Notes: generated from the letters alone by a model not told the origin. A stretch of 64,000 bases of DNA from Candidatus Kinetoplastidibacterium crithidiae (GCA_019278155.1 JADMLC010000001.1:5162-69161), one strand, 5' to 3'; counted from the first letter of the stretch, positions 52,248 to 62,255 are shown. Numbers and translations: made by a program.

Positions 52248-53315
52248 ATGATTCTGAAAAATGATTTCTTTTTGCGCTCTTTATTGAGAAAATCTGTTCC
52301 TTATACTCCAGTTTGGTTTATGAGACAAGCTGGTAGATATTTGCCAGAGTACAGAAAAGTTCGCAAACAAGTTGGTTCCTTTATGAACTTAGTAACAAAT
52401 CCTGATTATGCCTGTAAGGTAACATTGCAGCCTGTAGAGCGCTATCCCCTAGATGCGGCTATATTATTTTCAGATATTTTAACTATACCTCATGCTATGG
52501 GGTTAGGTCTAAATTTTATAGAAAATCATGGTCCAATATTTTCTCGTCCAACTAATAATGAAGAAGATATTATAAAATTGACAGCACCTGATTTAAATGA
52601 TTTAAATTATGTTTTTGATACAATAAATCTAGTTAAAAAAGAATTAGACGGTAAAGTACCTCTTATAGGTTTTTCTGGTAGTCCTTGGACTCTTGCTTGT
52701 TATATGGTTGAAGGACAAAGTAGTAAAGAATATAAGACTATAAAAACAATGTTGTATTCTAGACCTGATCTATTACATAAAATATTGGAAGTAAATACAG
52801 AATCTATAATTCAATATTTGAACGCACAGATAGAGGCCGGTGTGCAAGCTATCATGTTGTTTGATAGTTGGGGAGGAATATTATCTGATGAGGCTTTCAA
52901 AGTATTTTCATTGGATTATAATAAAAAAATATTCTCAAAAATTAACAAGCAACATAATGGTAATATAATTCCAATTATTCATTTTACAAAAGGCGGAGCT
53001 ATTTGGATTAGAGATATATCTAATAGTGGCTGTGATGCTATTGGTGTTGATTGGACTATAAACTTGGGGGAAGCTAGGAATAAATCACTGGATAAGGTTG
53101 CTATACAAGGTAACATGGATCCTATGGTTTTGCTAGGTAGTCATCAGTCTATTATTTCTGAAGCTAGAAGAATTATAGATTCTTTTGGAATGGTTGGAGA
53201 ATCTGCAGGTCATATATTTAATCTTGGTCATGGTATGAATAAGGACACGCCACATGAATTAGTATTAGACCTTATCAATGAAATACATTCCTATAGTAGA
53301 CAATATCATGTTTGA
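52248..53315 (+). CDS. hemE: uroporphyrinogen decarboxylase
   Basis: 355 aa. PVWFMRQAGRYLPEYR signature. Confidence 0.95.
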   Translation: MILKNDFFLRSLLRKSVPYTPVWFMRQAGRYLPEYRKVRKQVGSFMNLVTNPDYACKVTLQPVERYPLDAAILFSDILTIPHAMGLGLNFIENHGPIFSRPTNNEEDIIKLTAPDLNDLNYVFDTINLVKKELDGKVPLIGFSGSPWTLACYMVEGQSSKEYKTIKTMLYSRPDLLHKILEVNTESIIQYLNAQIEAGVQAIMLFDSWGGILSDEAFKVFSLDYNKKIFSKINKQHNGNIIPIIHFTKGGAIWIRDISNSGCDAIGVDWTINLGEARNKSLDKVAIQGNMDPMVLLGSHQSIISEARRIIDSFGMVGESAGHIFNLGHGMNKDTPHELVLDLINEIHSYSRQYHV

Positions 53316-53336
53316 TAGTTACAAATGTTTTGAAAT

Positions 53337-53345
53337 TTATCCACA
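53337..53345 (+). promoter_or_regulatory. perfect consensus DnaA box TTATCCACA
   Basis: Exact 9-mer read directly in the hemE-priA spacer. About one perfect box is expected by chance in this window. Confidence 0.3.
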
Positions 53346-53391
53346 GGTCATTTTAACTTATATTAGTTCCTTTTAAAATATAGCTTTAAAG

Positions 53392-53444
53392 AAATACATC
53401 TAACATCATGTTTTTTAATGGTTTTTTATAGATGTATTTTTTTT
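53392..53444 (+). terminator. candidate intrinsic terminator after hemE (11-bp stem, large loop, T8 run)
   Basis: AAATACATCTA (53392..53402) and TAGATGTATTT (53429..53439) are exact reverse complements. The right arm runs into 8 consecutive T. The 26-nt loop is larger than in a canonical terminator. Confidence 0.35.
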
Positions 53445-53473
53445 ATGTTATATATTCCCATATACTTAACTTA

Positions 53474-53482
53474 TTTTCCACA
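53474..53482 (+). promoter_or_regulatory. relaxed-consensus DnaA box TTTTCCACA (TTWTNCACA)
   Basis: Read directly. It has the same orientation as the perfect box 137 bp upstream and lies 75 nt before the priA ATG. Confidence 0.25.
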
Positions 53483-53556
53483 AAGTTATTAACATATTTA
53501 TTAACATTAAAATAATTTGTAAAGATAGATTTCTATGACAAAAGTTAATTATATTT

Positions 53557-55638
53557 ATGCAAAAAAATCAAGCCTCTGATGTTGATAGTTATTTTTGGTT
53601 GAAAGTAGCTATTAGATCTCCTATGGGTAGTGTTTTTGAATACAAAAGTAAGAAAAAAATACCATTAGGTTCGAGAGTTATTGTTCCATTTGGCAAGAGA
53701 ACTATAATAGGCATAGTATGTGGTTATTTATTAAAACCTTCATTTGAACTGTCGCAAATAAAGATGGTAATAGAAGTATTAGATGATTTGCCTCCATTTA
53801 GTATTGATTGGTTAAGGTTAATAAAATTTGCTTCAGAATATTATCAACGATCTTTAGGTGATGTTATTTATTCTGTTATTCCTGCTCCATTGCGAAATAT
53901 CTCTGCTTACCAAGGTAAAAAAAAAGTTAAGTTAGGTCCTGTTGTTAGAGCAAATTTAAAAACCACAAAATATGATGTGTTTTCAAAAGAGTCTACATAT
54001 GAGCTTAACAATCAACAGCAAGAAGCTATAAATAAAATTATTTCATTAGATAATTTCAAGACTGTTGTATTGTATGGTGTAACTGGTTCAGGTAAAACAG
54101 AAGTATATCTTAATAGTGCAAATGCATTTATTAATATTGGGAGACAAATTCTATTTCTTGTGCCAGAGATAAATCTTACTCCGCAATTAGAAAATGCAGT
54201 AAGATCATATTTTGATAATTTAATTAAACAAGAAGAAATAGTTGTCATTCATAGCGGTTTATCTATTCAAGAAAGAGTAAAATCGTGGTCTAAGATACAA
54301 CAATCACAAGCAAGAGTAGTTTTAGGAACACGTATGGCTATATTTGCTCCTATGGATAATCTTGGCTTAATAGTTATAGATGAAGAACATGATATATCAT
54401 ATAAACAGCAAAATGGATTAAAATACTCAGCTAGAGATATTGCTATATGGAGGGCTAAAGATTTAAATATTCCAATAATTTTAGGCTCTGCTACTCCTTC
54501 TTTAGAAACATGGAACCATGTTAAGAATAATCATTATTTACTGATATCGCTAGATACAAGAGTAAAGAATATAACAATGCCTGCTATAAGGTTGGTTGAC
54601 ACTAAAAGCATGTTATGTTCTAACATTCTAACTGATGAGCTCATAGAAGCTATAAAAGTTAGACTGAGTAAGAAAGAACAATCTTTAATATTTATTAATA
54701 GAAGAGGTTATGCTCCAGTTTTCTATTGTTATGCTTGTAACTGGATTAGCAGTTGTCCTAGATGTAGTGTTTATACTGTTATACATAGTTATTCCAATAA
54801 TCATTATAAACTACATTGTCATCATTGCGGTTATCATTCCAATATTCCTAAGATTTGTCCTAGTTGTGGAAATCAAGACTTAAAAACTATAGGGTTTGGT
54901 ACTCAGAAAATTGCAGAAACTCTTTTTTCAATTTTTCCAGAAGCCCGAATTGTTAGAATAGATTCGGATACAACAAAACATAAGGGTAGTGTCAATTTAT
55001 TATTATCAGCTGTTCATGGAGGTGAGGTAGATATTTTAGTAGGCACACAAATGGTTACAAAAGGCCACGATTTTTCTATGGTTAGTCTGGTTGGTGTTAT
55101 TAATTCTGACTCTATGCTATTTTCACAGGACTTTAGATCATCAGAACGTTTATTTTCTCAATTAATGCAAGTTTCAGGAAGGGCAGGTCGTCATATTGAT
55201 GAAGCTGAAGTTATTATACAAACATCTTTTCCGGATCATTTAGTATATCAGTCGTTAATTAAACATGATTATGTCGGTTTTGCTAATGCTCTTTTAGAAG
55301 AAAGAAAAAAAACTCTATTGCCACCATATGTTTTTCAAGCTCTTTTAACAGCTGAATCTAAAAAGATTGATATTTCAATGAGTTTTTTAGAAAAAATCAA
55401 TTTTTTTATTAAGAATGATATTCTTCAACAATTTACAGAAAGAAATCAAATTGTTTGTTATGAGCCATTGCCAGCAAGACTTGTTAAGATTTCTAATGTA
55501 GAGAGAGCTCAATTATTAATAGAAAGTAGTACTAGAACTACCCTATTAAGTTTTCTAAGATTATTGATACCTAATATTTCTGCTCATAAAAACAGTAAAA
55601 TTAGGTGGCATTTGGAAGTTGATCCTTTAGAAATTTAG
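53557..55638 (+). CDS. priA: primosomal replication protein N' (PriA helicase)
   Basis: 693 aa. Walker A GVTGSGKTEVY, DEEHD box and a Cys-rich zinc-binding region (CYACNW..CPRC...CHHCG...CPSCG). Confidence 0.95.
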   Translation: MQKNQASDVDSYFWLKVAIRSPMGSVFEYKSKKKIPLGSRVIVPFGKRTIIGIVCGYLLKPSFELSQIKMVIEVLDDLPPFSIDWLRLIKFASEYYQRSLGDVIYSVIPAPLRNISAYQGKKKVKLGPVVRANLKTTKYDVFSKESTYELNNQQQEAINKIISLDNFKTVVLYGVTGSGKTEVYLNSANAFINIGRQILFLVPEINLTPQLENAVRSYFDNLIKQEEIVVIHSGLSIQERVKSWSKIQQSQARVVLGTRMAIFAPMDNLGLIVIDEEHDISYKQQNGLKYSARDIAIWRAKDLNIPIILGSATPSLETWNHVKNNHYLLISLDTRVKNITMPAIRLVDTKSMLCSNILTDELIEAIKVRLSKKEQSLIFINRRGYAPVFYCYACNWISSCPRCSVYTVIHSYSNNHYKLHCHHCGYHSNIPKICPSCGNQDLKTIGFGTQKIAETLFSIFPEARIVRIDSDTTKHKGSVNLLLSAVHGGEVDILVGTQMVTKGHDFSMVSLVGVINSDSMLFSQDFRSSERLFSQLMQVSGRAGRHIDEAEVIIQTSFPDHLVYQSLIKHDYVGFANALLEERKKTLLPPYVFQALLTAESKKIDISMSFLEKINFFIKNDILQQFTERNQIVCYEPLPARLVKISNVERAQLLIESSTRTTLLSFLRLLIPNISAHKNSKIRWHLEVDPLEI

Positions 55639-56516
55639 TTTTGATAAATATATTGATTAAGTATTTCACGTGCTGCGTTAGCAAGTTCGCTTGCTGTTAT
55701 TCCGATAGGGCCTTTATTTATCGTAGCTAAATATTCTGCAGCTTTGCCATGTAACCATACAGCTCCAGAAATGGATTGTTGTATATCATTAGATTGTCCT
55801 AGAAAACTTCCTATCATTCCTGATAATACATCACCTGTTCCAGAAGATGCCAACCCTGGATTACCACTAGTGTTAATTAATATATCTCCATTTGGACTAG
55901 ATATAATTGTTTCAAATCCTTTTAATACAGTCCATGCTTTATATTTTTTGCTAATTTTTTCGGCTGATTTTATCCTATTTGATTGAATTTCTTGCGTAGT
56001 GCATTTTAATAATCTAGCTGCCTCACTAGGATGTGGCGTCATAATTATGTTATTAGAAGAGTTTTTGTATATTTTGTTTTGATCAGAAATAATATTAAGG
56101 GCATCTGCATCTAATACAATATTTTTATTTTCTATATAACATAGAGCATTATGTAGAATATTATGGGAAATATTATTTTGTCCCATACCACATCCTATAA
56201 CCAATGTATCAATTTTTGATAAAAAATATTTTAGTATTTGATTGGCAGTTTGCAACATAAGTTCTGGTTGAATAAAATCAACAGTAATAGGTATATTTTT
56301 TTGAGTAAAACCTACTAGTACTTTGCCTGATCCTATTTTTAAAGCTGTTCTTGCAGCTAATAATACTGATCCTTCCATTCCACGGTTTCCACCTATAATT
56401 GATATGGTGCCATAATTCCCTTTATGGCTGTTTTTTTCTCTTTTTTTTAAAATGTTTTGTAGATTTTTCGGTTCTATATATCTAATAATTGTTTCTTTAT
56501 AGGAAATATTATTCAT
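55635..56516 (-). CDS. nnrD: ADP-dependent NAD(P)H-hydrate dehydratase (YjeF C-terminal-type, stand-alone)
   Basis: 293 aa. HKGNYGTISIIGG and GTGDVLSGMIGSFL motifs, with no N-terminal epimerase domain. Confidence 0.8.
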   Translation of the reverse strand: MNNISYKETIIRYIEPKNLQNILKKREKNSHKGNYGTISIIGGNRGMEGSVLLAARTALKIGSGKVLVGFTQKNIPITVDFIQPELMLQTANQILKYFLSKIDTLVIGCGMGQNNISHNILHNALCYIENKNIVLDADALNIISDQNKIYKNSSNNIIMTPHPSEAARLLKCTTQEIQSNRIKSAEKISKKYKAWTVLKGFETIISSPNGDILINTSGNPGLASSGTGDVLSGMIGSFLGQSNDIQQSISGAVWLHGKAAEYLATINKGPIGITASELANAAREILNQYIYQN

Positions 56517-56548
56517 AATAGTGATATTATATAAATAATTTTAGGAAA

Positions 56549-56623
56549 GCATCCGTAGTTCAAAGGATAGAATGAGGGCCTCCGAAGCTCTTGATACAGG
56601 TTCAATTCCTGTCGGATGCGCCA
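56549..56623 (+). tRNA. tRNA-Arg (anticodon CCG)
   Basis: GCATCCGTAGTTCAAAGGATAGAATGAGGGCCTCCGAAGCTCTTGATACAGGTTCAATTCCTGTCGGATGCGCCA. Acceptor stem is GCATCCG/CGGATGC, the anticodon loop is CTCCGAA, and CCA is encoded. Confidence 0.9.
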
Positions 56624-56645
56624 TGTTGTTTAGAAGATGATAAAT

Positions 56646-58232
56646 TTACCAAAGTTTCAAGCTATTTGATATATAATTTTCTAGACTGTCAGATTCATTT
56701 CTCTCTATGTTTTTTTGTAATTCAATGGAATTTTCAGAATGACGCTGATACTCAGCTAGAGTTTCTTTGCTTATCTCATGCTTCATTATATTATCGTAAT
56801 GTTGTTTGCTCTTATCAAGAGTATAGTCATGTAAGTTTTGCTTATTTTCCTGTATTTGATTTAATATACTGAAAGAAGGAGTTAGTTCTACATTATTAAT
56901 TTTTTCAAGTTGTGTTTGTAGAGCTTTGCTATATAGTTTACCAGGATTATCTTTATCTAATAGATTAGCATAAGGTTTTATTTTATCTATTATTTCATTT
57001 CCCCATTCCACTAATGAAATGCTGTTTTTATTCTTTAATAGAAGATTAGGTTTTCTACCATGTGTAGATACTTTTACAAAGTTATCATAGTAATGTTTGT
57101 AGTCATTCTCATCATAAAAGAATGGGCTTTTCTCTAAAGCACAGAATAACAAAAAAGAATCTAGAAACAAACAAGTATCTTTTGATATACCGATGCTGGA
57201 ATTAGGATCTATATCAAGGCATCTAACCTCTATATATTCTATGCCTCTTTTTTTTAGTGCATTTATTGGCCTTTCGCCATTTTTAACAGTGCATTTAGGC
57301 CTGATACTAGAATAATATTCATTTTCTATTTGCAAGATATTAGTATTTAATTGCAACCATTCGTTGTTTTTATATGTTCCTATTAATTCATATTCTGGCC
57401 AAGATGTTGTTAAACCCCAAGTAATTTTTTCAATAAACGTATCCAGGTCGTTATAACATATTTTTAATTGTTCTTGCACCTTGCTTTGATAACCTACATC
57501 ACTCATTCTTAAGCTTGTTGCATATGGCATATACAGTGTTTCGTTATCTAGAATATCTAGTTTGCAAGTATGATTTGGTTTAAAAAACGTTTTTGATATT
57601 GCTGGTGATGACCCAAATAGGTATAGTATTAGCCAAGAATATCTTATAAAATTTCTTATTAAAGAAGAATAACCATCTGATTTAATAGAACTTGTAATTG
57701 CTTTAGAATTATCATATATTTCTTGCCAGATATCATTGCTAATTGAAAAATTGTAGTGTAAACCAGATATACATTGCATCGTTTTACCATAGCGATGAGC
57801 CAAACCTTTGCGATAAATATGTTTTAATAAGCCAGCATTTGATTTTCCGTAGAAAGCTATAGGTATATCATCTTCATTTGGTATTAGCAATGGAGGCATT
57901 GAGTTATGCCATAGCATTTCTTTTTCCATTGATTCATAGACAAAACGATGTGTATCTAATAATTCTTGTATCAATGAATCTATATTGTTATGTGTGCTAG
58001 TAATAAGTTCTAACATAGATTCAGAATAATCAGTGGTTATTTGATTATTTGTAAGTGGAGAGCCTAATTTTTTAGGGTGTTTTCTACAAGATAATTTTCC
58101 ATTATCATCTACACGCAATCCTTCTCGTTCAATGCCTCGTAATATTTTATTCGAAATATCAGATTGGGTATTAAGTCTCTCTAGTTTATTTAAAAATGGC
58201 TCTTTAAAAGATATATTTCTTGAATTATGCAT
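56646..58232 (-). CDS. gshA: glutamate--cysteine ligase
   Basis: 528 aa. GshA-like throughout (RGIEREGLRV, ITTDYSESMLELIT, ISGLHYNFS). Confidence 0.9.
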   Translation of the reverse strand: MHNSRNISFKEPFLNKLERLNTQSDISNKILRGIEREGLRVDDNGKLSCRKHPKKLGSPLTNNQITTDYSESMLELITSTHNNIDSLIQELLDTHRFVYESMEKEMLWHNSMPPLLIPNEDDIPIAFYGKSNAGLLKHIYRKGLAHRYGKTMQCISGLHYNFSISNDIWQEIYDNSKAITSSIKSDGYSSLIRNFIRYSWLILYLFGSSPAISKTFFKPNHTCKLDILDNETLYMPYATSLRMSDVGYQSKVQEQLKICYNDLDTFIEKITWGLTTSWPEYELIGTYKNNEWLQLNTNILQIENEYYSSIRPKCTVKNGERPINALKKRGIEYIEVRCLDIDPNSSIGISKDTCLFLDSFLLFCALEKSPFFYDENDYKHYYDNFVKVSTHGRKPNLLLKNKNSISLVEWGNEIIDKIKPYANLLDKDNPGKLYSKALQTQLEKINNVELTPSFSILNQIQENKQNLHDYTLDKSKQHYDNIMKHEISKETLAEYQRHSENSIELQKNIERNESDSLENYISNSLKLW

Positions 58233-58744
58233 TATGAGATTATTTTCTTACAATATATTCGTTGTTGATTGACCTTAGGAAATTAAATAATAAAGATAAT
58301 AATCATATATTTATTATATAAAAACTATATGATTAATTGCATTATATTAATAGTTATATGTAAGTTCTAGAGTTTGAAAGTATATAACATATATTACAGT
58401 ATATAATATACATATAGATTTTTCATAGTACTATTTGTAGACAACTGTAGGAGCTTTTATTTTATTGCGCAGTTTATAAATTGTTTTTAGTGATATTTTG
58501 TATAAATTATTAATAGTAGGTGTTTGATTCAATATATTATTAATAATCAATGGTGTATATAATCGGTTTATGCTGAGTTTTTAGATTGGTGTTTTAATCT
58601 GGATTGTTTTTACAGTTAAATTATTTTATTAGATTTTATGTTGTATAATAAACTTTAATTCTTTACACGTTTTTTATCTTATAAATAAATGCAATATTTA
58701 ATTATAAGAATGAAGTTCATTATTTTTGGGTTTTAGGATATTTT

Positions 58745-59629
58745 ATGCATAGATTATTTTTAAATAGATTTATGTTTGTAATTATTATTAGTGTGTCGAT
58801 TCTTGCGATTTCCTTTAATGCTGATGCAAGACGTATAGGTAATGGAGGATCTTATGGTAAGCAATTTTCAAATATTAGTAAAATACGAAATAATAATAAT
58901 TATTATTCTAATAAATCAAATAATCATAATAAATCTTCAATAAACAAAGAGGTGAGAAATAAAAAAGATAGAAGTATTTTAGGTGCTGTTTTAAGTAGTT
59001 TATGGTTAGCTGCTATTTTTTCCTTTTTTGGTATGAACAGTTTATTTCTTAATGTTTTCACCAATTTATTTATTTGGTTGTTGGTTGTTGGAATTGCGAT
59101 CTATGTTATCAGAAAACATTTTTTATCAAAATTCTCAGTAGATCAAGTTGTGGAAAATAATAATTTTGTAGTAAGTAGATATCGATACCCTTATGAAAAA
59201 ATAAATAATAAAGATATATCAGAAGCTAAAGTTATATCTGATGATTTTTATGATATGCCAGATAGTGATATTGAATTCAACAAAGATAGTTTTTTAAATG
59301 ACGCAAAAAGAATTTTTATTTATATTCAAGAAATATGGAATAAAAGAGATCAAGATAATTTAAAAGAATATTTAACAGAGGAATTATTATTAGAGCTTCA
59401 GAATCAGTTTGATGCTCAGTTAAATTTTAGTTCTAAAGTTTTAGAATTAGATGCTGAGTTTTTATCAATGAATAAATTAGATGATTGTTATTTAACTAGT
59501 ATTTGTTTTCATGGTTTCATGGAATATTCTAATGATGAGAAGCCCTTATATTTTGAAGAAATATGGAATTTTCAGAAATATGACGGTACAGGATGGTTGC
59601 TATCAGGAATTCAACAAAAAAATACTTAA
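58745..59629 (+). CDS. Tim44-like domain membrane protein
   Basis: 294 aa. N-terminal signal/TM, an Asn-rich low-complexity stretch, two TM helices and a C-terminal Tim44-like domain (FLNDAKRIFIYIQEIWNKRD...W.F....G..WLLSGIQQ). Confidence 0.6.
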   Translation: MHRLFLNRFMFVIIISVSILAISFNADARRIGNGGSYGKQFSNISKIRNNNNYYSNKSNNHNKSSINKEVRNKKDRSILGAVLSSLWLAAIFSFFGMNSLFLNVFTNLFIWLLVVGIAIYVIRKHFLSKFSVDQVVENNNFVVSRYRYPYEKINNKDISEAKVISDDFYDMPDSDIEFNKDSFLNDAKRIFIYIQEIWNKRDQDNLKEYLTEELLLELQNQFDAQLNFSSKVLELDAEFLSMNKLDDCYLTSICFHGFMEYSNDEKPLYFEEIWNFQKYDGTGWLLSGIQQKNT

Positions 59630-59653
59630 TTATTTTAATTAAAATAATTAAGT
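59624..59653. terminator. 30-nt perfect palindrome between convergent Tim44-like gene and thiD (candidate bidirectional terminator)
   Basis: ACTTAATTATTTTAATTAAAATAATTAAGT is its own reverse complement. It contains the TAA stop of the Tim44-like gene. The stem is almost pure A/T, so it is thermodynamically weak. Confidence 0.3.
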
Positions 59654-59688
59654 ATAGAGATATTAATATTTAATCAGTGGTTTTTTAG

Positions 59689-60519
59689 CTAAACCAATTT
59701 GTGAAAGTGATGTAATGGACCGTAACCATGACCTACTCTCAGGTTCTTTGACCCTATAATAGAGTTGGTCAGAAATAATTTTGCCTTTTCAGTTGCTGAT
59801 AATATACTTTCTCCTTGAGCGATGAAAGCTGTTAAAGCTGCTGATAAAGTACAACCGGTACCATGTGTGTTATTAGTATGTACCTTCTTTCCAGGTATTT
59901 CTACAATATTCTCACCATTAAAAATCATATCAACCATCTCATTTCCTGGTAAATGACCTCCTTTAAGAACTACCCATTTGTTATTCTTATTAGAATTATT
60001 AGTCATTTTTTTGTGTAATTTTTTTATAGTAATTTTCATTTCTGCTAAGTTTTCTGCTGGTGGTTCTCCAATAATTATTGCAGCTTCAGGTATATTAGGA
60101 GTTATAACAGTAGATAATGGTATAAGTTGATCTACTAGGGTTTTTGTAGCATTGGATTTCAGCAAATAATCACCATGTTTGGATATCATTACAGGGTCTA
60201 ATATTATGTGAGCAGGTTTCCATTTTATAAGACTTTCTTTTACTGCCAATGTAATTTCAGAGTTTCCAAGCATTCCTATTTTAACTGCATTTATATTAAT
60301 ATCTTGGAAAACAGTATCAATTTGTTTGCAAATAAAATTTGTAGGCATATATGATATTTCATGTACACCAGATGTATTTTGTGCTGTAACTGCTGTTATT
60401 ACAGCACAAGCATACACATTCAAAGCACTCATGGTTTTTACATCTGCTAGAGTACCAGCTCCTGCAGATGTATCAAATCCAGCTATGCTTAGAGCATTGA
60501 CTATATTTATCTTATTCAT
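59689..60519 (-). CDS. thiD: hydroxymethylpyrimidine / phosphomethylpyrimidine kinase
   Basis: 276 aa. AGFDTSAGAGTLADVKT, AQNT.GV and GTGCTLSAA motifs. Confidence 0.9.
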   Translation of the reverse strand: MNKINIVNALSIAGFDTSAGAGTLADVKTMSALNVYACAVITAVTAQNTSGVHEISYMPTNFICKQIDTVFQDININAVKIGMLGNSEITLAVKESLIKWKPAHIILDPVMISKHGDYLLKSNATKTLVDQLIPLSTVITPNIPEAAIIIGEPPAENLAEMKITIKKLHKKMTNNSNKNNKWVVLKGGHLPGNEMVDMIFNGENIVEIPGKKVHTNNTHGTGCTLSAALTAFIAQGESILSATEKAKLFLTNSIIGSKNLRVGHGYGPLHHFHKLV

Positions 60520-60529
60520 TTAAGTTTAG

Positions 60530-61333
60530 TTAGTTATTTTTACTAGTATGAATTAGTCCTTCACTAGGAGAGCTAGGGGAGCTTTCATATGTTTTTTTAG
60601 GCATACGTCCTGCTAAGAAAGCTTCTCTACCAGATTCCACTGATTTTCTCATCGCACTAGCCATCAAAATAGGATTGCCTGCACATGCTATAGCAGTATT
60701 CATTAATACACCATCACATCCTAGTTCCATTGCAATAGAAGCATCTGAGGCTGTTCCAACTCCAGCATCTACTAATACAGGTATTTTTACACTATCAATA
60801 ACTAATTTTAAATTCCATGGGTTTAGTATTCCCATTCCCGATCCGATAAGTGATGCTAGTGGCATGACTGCAACAACACCTATATCTTCTAAAATTTGAC
60901 ATTGTATTGGATCGTCAGTGCAGTATGCCATTACTTGAAATCCTTCTTTAACTAAAATTTTAGCAGCCTTAATTGTTTCAGGCATATTTGGGAATAATGT
61001 TTTTTCATTTCCTAGAACCTCTAGTTTTACTAGATTGTGGCCATTAAGCAATTCTCTAGCTAATCTCAAAGTCCTAATTGCATCCTCTGAATTATAGCAT
61101 CCTGCTGTGTTAGGTAACAATGTAAACTCAGATGAAGGTATGAAATCTAGTAGGTTTGGAGACTCTTTGTTTTGACCAATATTAGTTCTTCTAATTGCCA
61201 CAGTTACAATTTCAGCACCACTTGCAATTATTGCTTGTCTAGTTTGTTCAAAATTTTTATATTTACCAGTGCCTACAAGTAGTCTAGATGTAAATTTTCT
61301 ATCAGCAATACAAAAAATATCTTCATTATTCAT
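60530..61333 (-). CDS. thiG: thiazole synthase
   Basis: 267 aa. [17 protein letters not shown], the VMPL.S.IGSG region and AGR C-terminal region are ThiG-like. Confidence 0.95.
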   Translation of the reverse strand: MNNEDIFCIADRKFTSRLLVGTGKYKNFEQTRQAIIASGAEIVTVAIRRTNIGQNKESPNLLDFIPSSEFTLLPNTAGCYNSEDAIRTLRLARELLNGHNLVKLEVLGNEKTLFPNMPETIKAAKILVKEGFQVMAYCTDDPIQCQILEDIGVVAVMPLASLIGSGMGILNPWNLKLVIDSVKIPVLVDAGVGTASDASIAMELGCDGVLMNTAIACAGNPILMASAMRKSVESGREAFLAGRMPKKTYESSPSSPSEGLIHTSKNN

Positions 61334-61595
61334 ATTAATTTCCAGAATTTATGCATTAATAAGGTTGTATAGTTATTGGATGAGTTATAATGTCTCATTA
61401 TAATATTCTTATGACATCGATGATTTAGACTACCAATATTTTTCATATAACAAATGTATTTATAAGATTGTTATAATACTACACCTATTTGTTAGGTATG
61501 TGAATTGCTTAGGTTTTAAAGGATTTGTTTTATTTAATTATTTGTAGTTATTTAAGGTTATTCATACTTTTTATCTTAGGAGGAGTGTTCACTTT

Positions 61596-62198
61596 GTGTT
61601 TAAAATTGGTCTGACTGGTGGCATTGGATCTGGGAAAACTCTAGTTTCTAATTATTTAAAACAAATAGGAGTTTTTGTTATAGATACAGATCAAATATCT
61701 CGGGAATTAACAAGTATTGGTGGTAAGGCTATTCCAGAAATTAGGGCTGCATTTGGTCCTGAATCTATAAATGATAAAGGTTCATTAAATAGAATATGGA
61801 TGAAGAATAGAATTTTTTTAGATTATTCAGAAAAAATAAAACTTGAGAATATTTTACATCCTTTGATTATGGAGTATGCTTTTATACAGGCATCTAACTT
61901 TTATGGAAGTTATGTGCTCTTTGTTGTTCCTTTATTAACTGAATCGAAAGATTGGATTAATAAGGTTGATCATATATGTGTAGTTGATTGTAGTATTTGT
62001 GATCAAATAAAACGGGTTAGAGATCGTGATTGTATTGAAACAGAATTAATTATGAAGATAATTCAATCTCAGTCACCTAGATCTGTGCGTTTAAAATATG
62101 CAGATGATATCATTTATAATGGTTATGATGTTTCTGTTGACGAGTTATATAGGCAAGTTTTAATTAAACATAAAAATTGGTGTTTACTATCCAAATGA
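61596..62198 (+). CDS. coaE: dephospho-CoA kinase
   Basis: 200 aa. GTG start 11 nt after AGGAGG, and P-loop GLTGGIGSGKT. Confidence 0.9.
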   Translation: MFKIGLTGGIGSGKTLVSNYLKQIGVFVIDTDQISRELTSIGGKAIPEIRAAFGPESINDKGSLNRIWMKNRIFLDYSEKIKLENILHPLIMEYAFIQASNFYGSYVLFVVPLLTESKDWINKVDHICVVDCSICDQIKRVRDRDCIETELIMKIIQSQSPRSVRLKYADDIIYNGYDVSVDELYRQVLIKHKNWCLLSK

Positions 62199-62255
62199 TG
62201 TTTAGTGATTTTATTATAATAAATTTTTAACTTTATAATTGGATTTTTATATAAC

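Noticed and set aside
58233-58744. 512-bp AT-rich spacer between divergent gshA and the Tim44-like gene, examined for an ncRNA, pseudogene or origin.
   Set aside because: I could see no conserved-looking G/C-rich helices, DnaA boxes, long repeats or ORF remnants. It probably holds divergent promoters. A covariance-model scan would be needed to exclude an ncRNA.
61334-61595. Possible TPP riboswitch or hidden thiS upstream of thiG.
   Set aside because: I found none of the conserved G/C-rich thi-box core on the minus strand. The only ORF (38 aa, 61446 downward) lacks the ThiS fold hallmarks and the C-terminal GG. The absence itself is reported as a finding.
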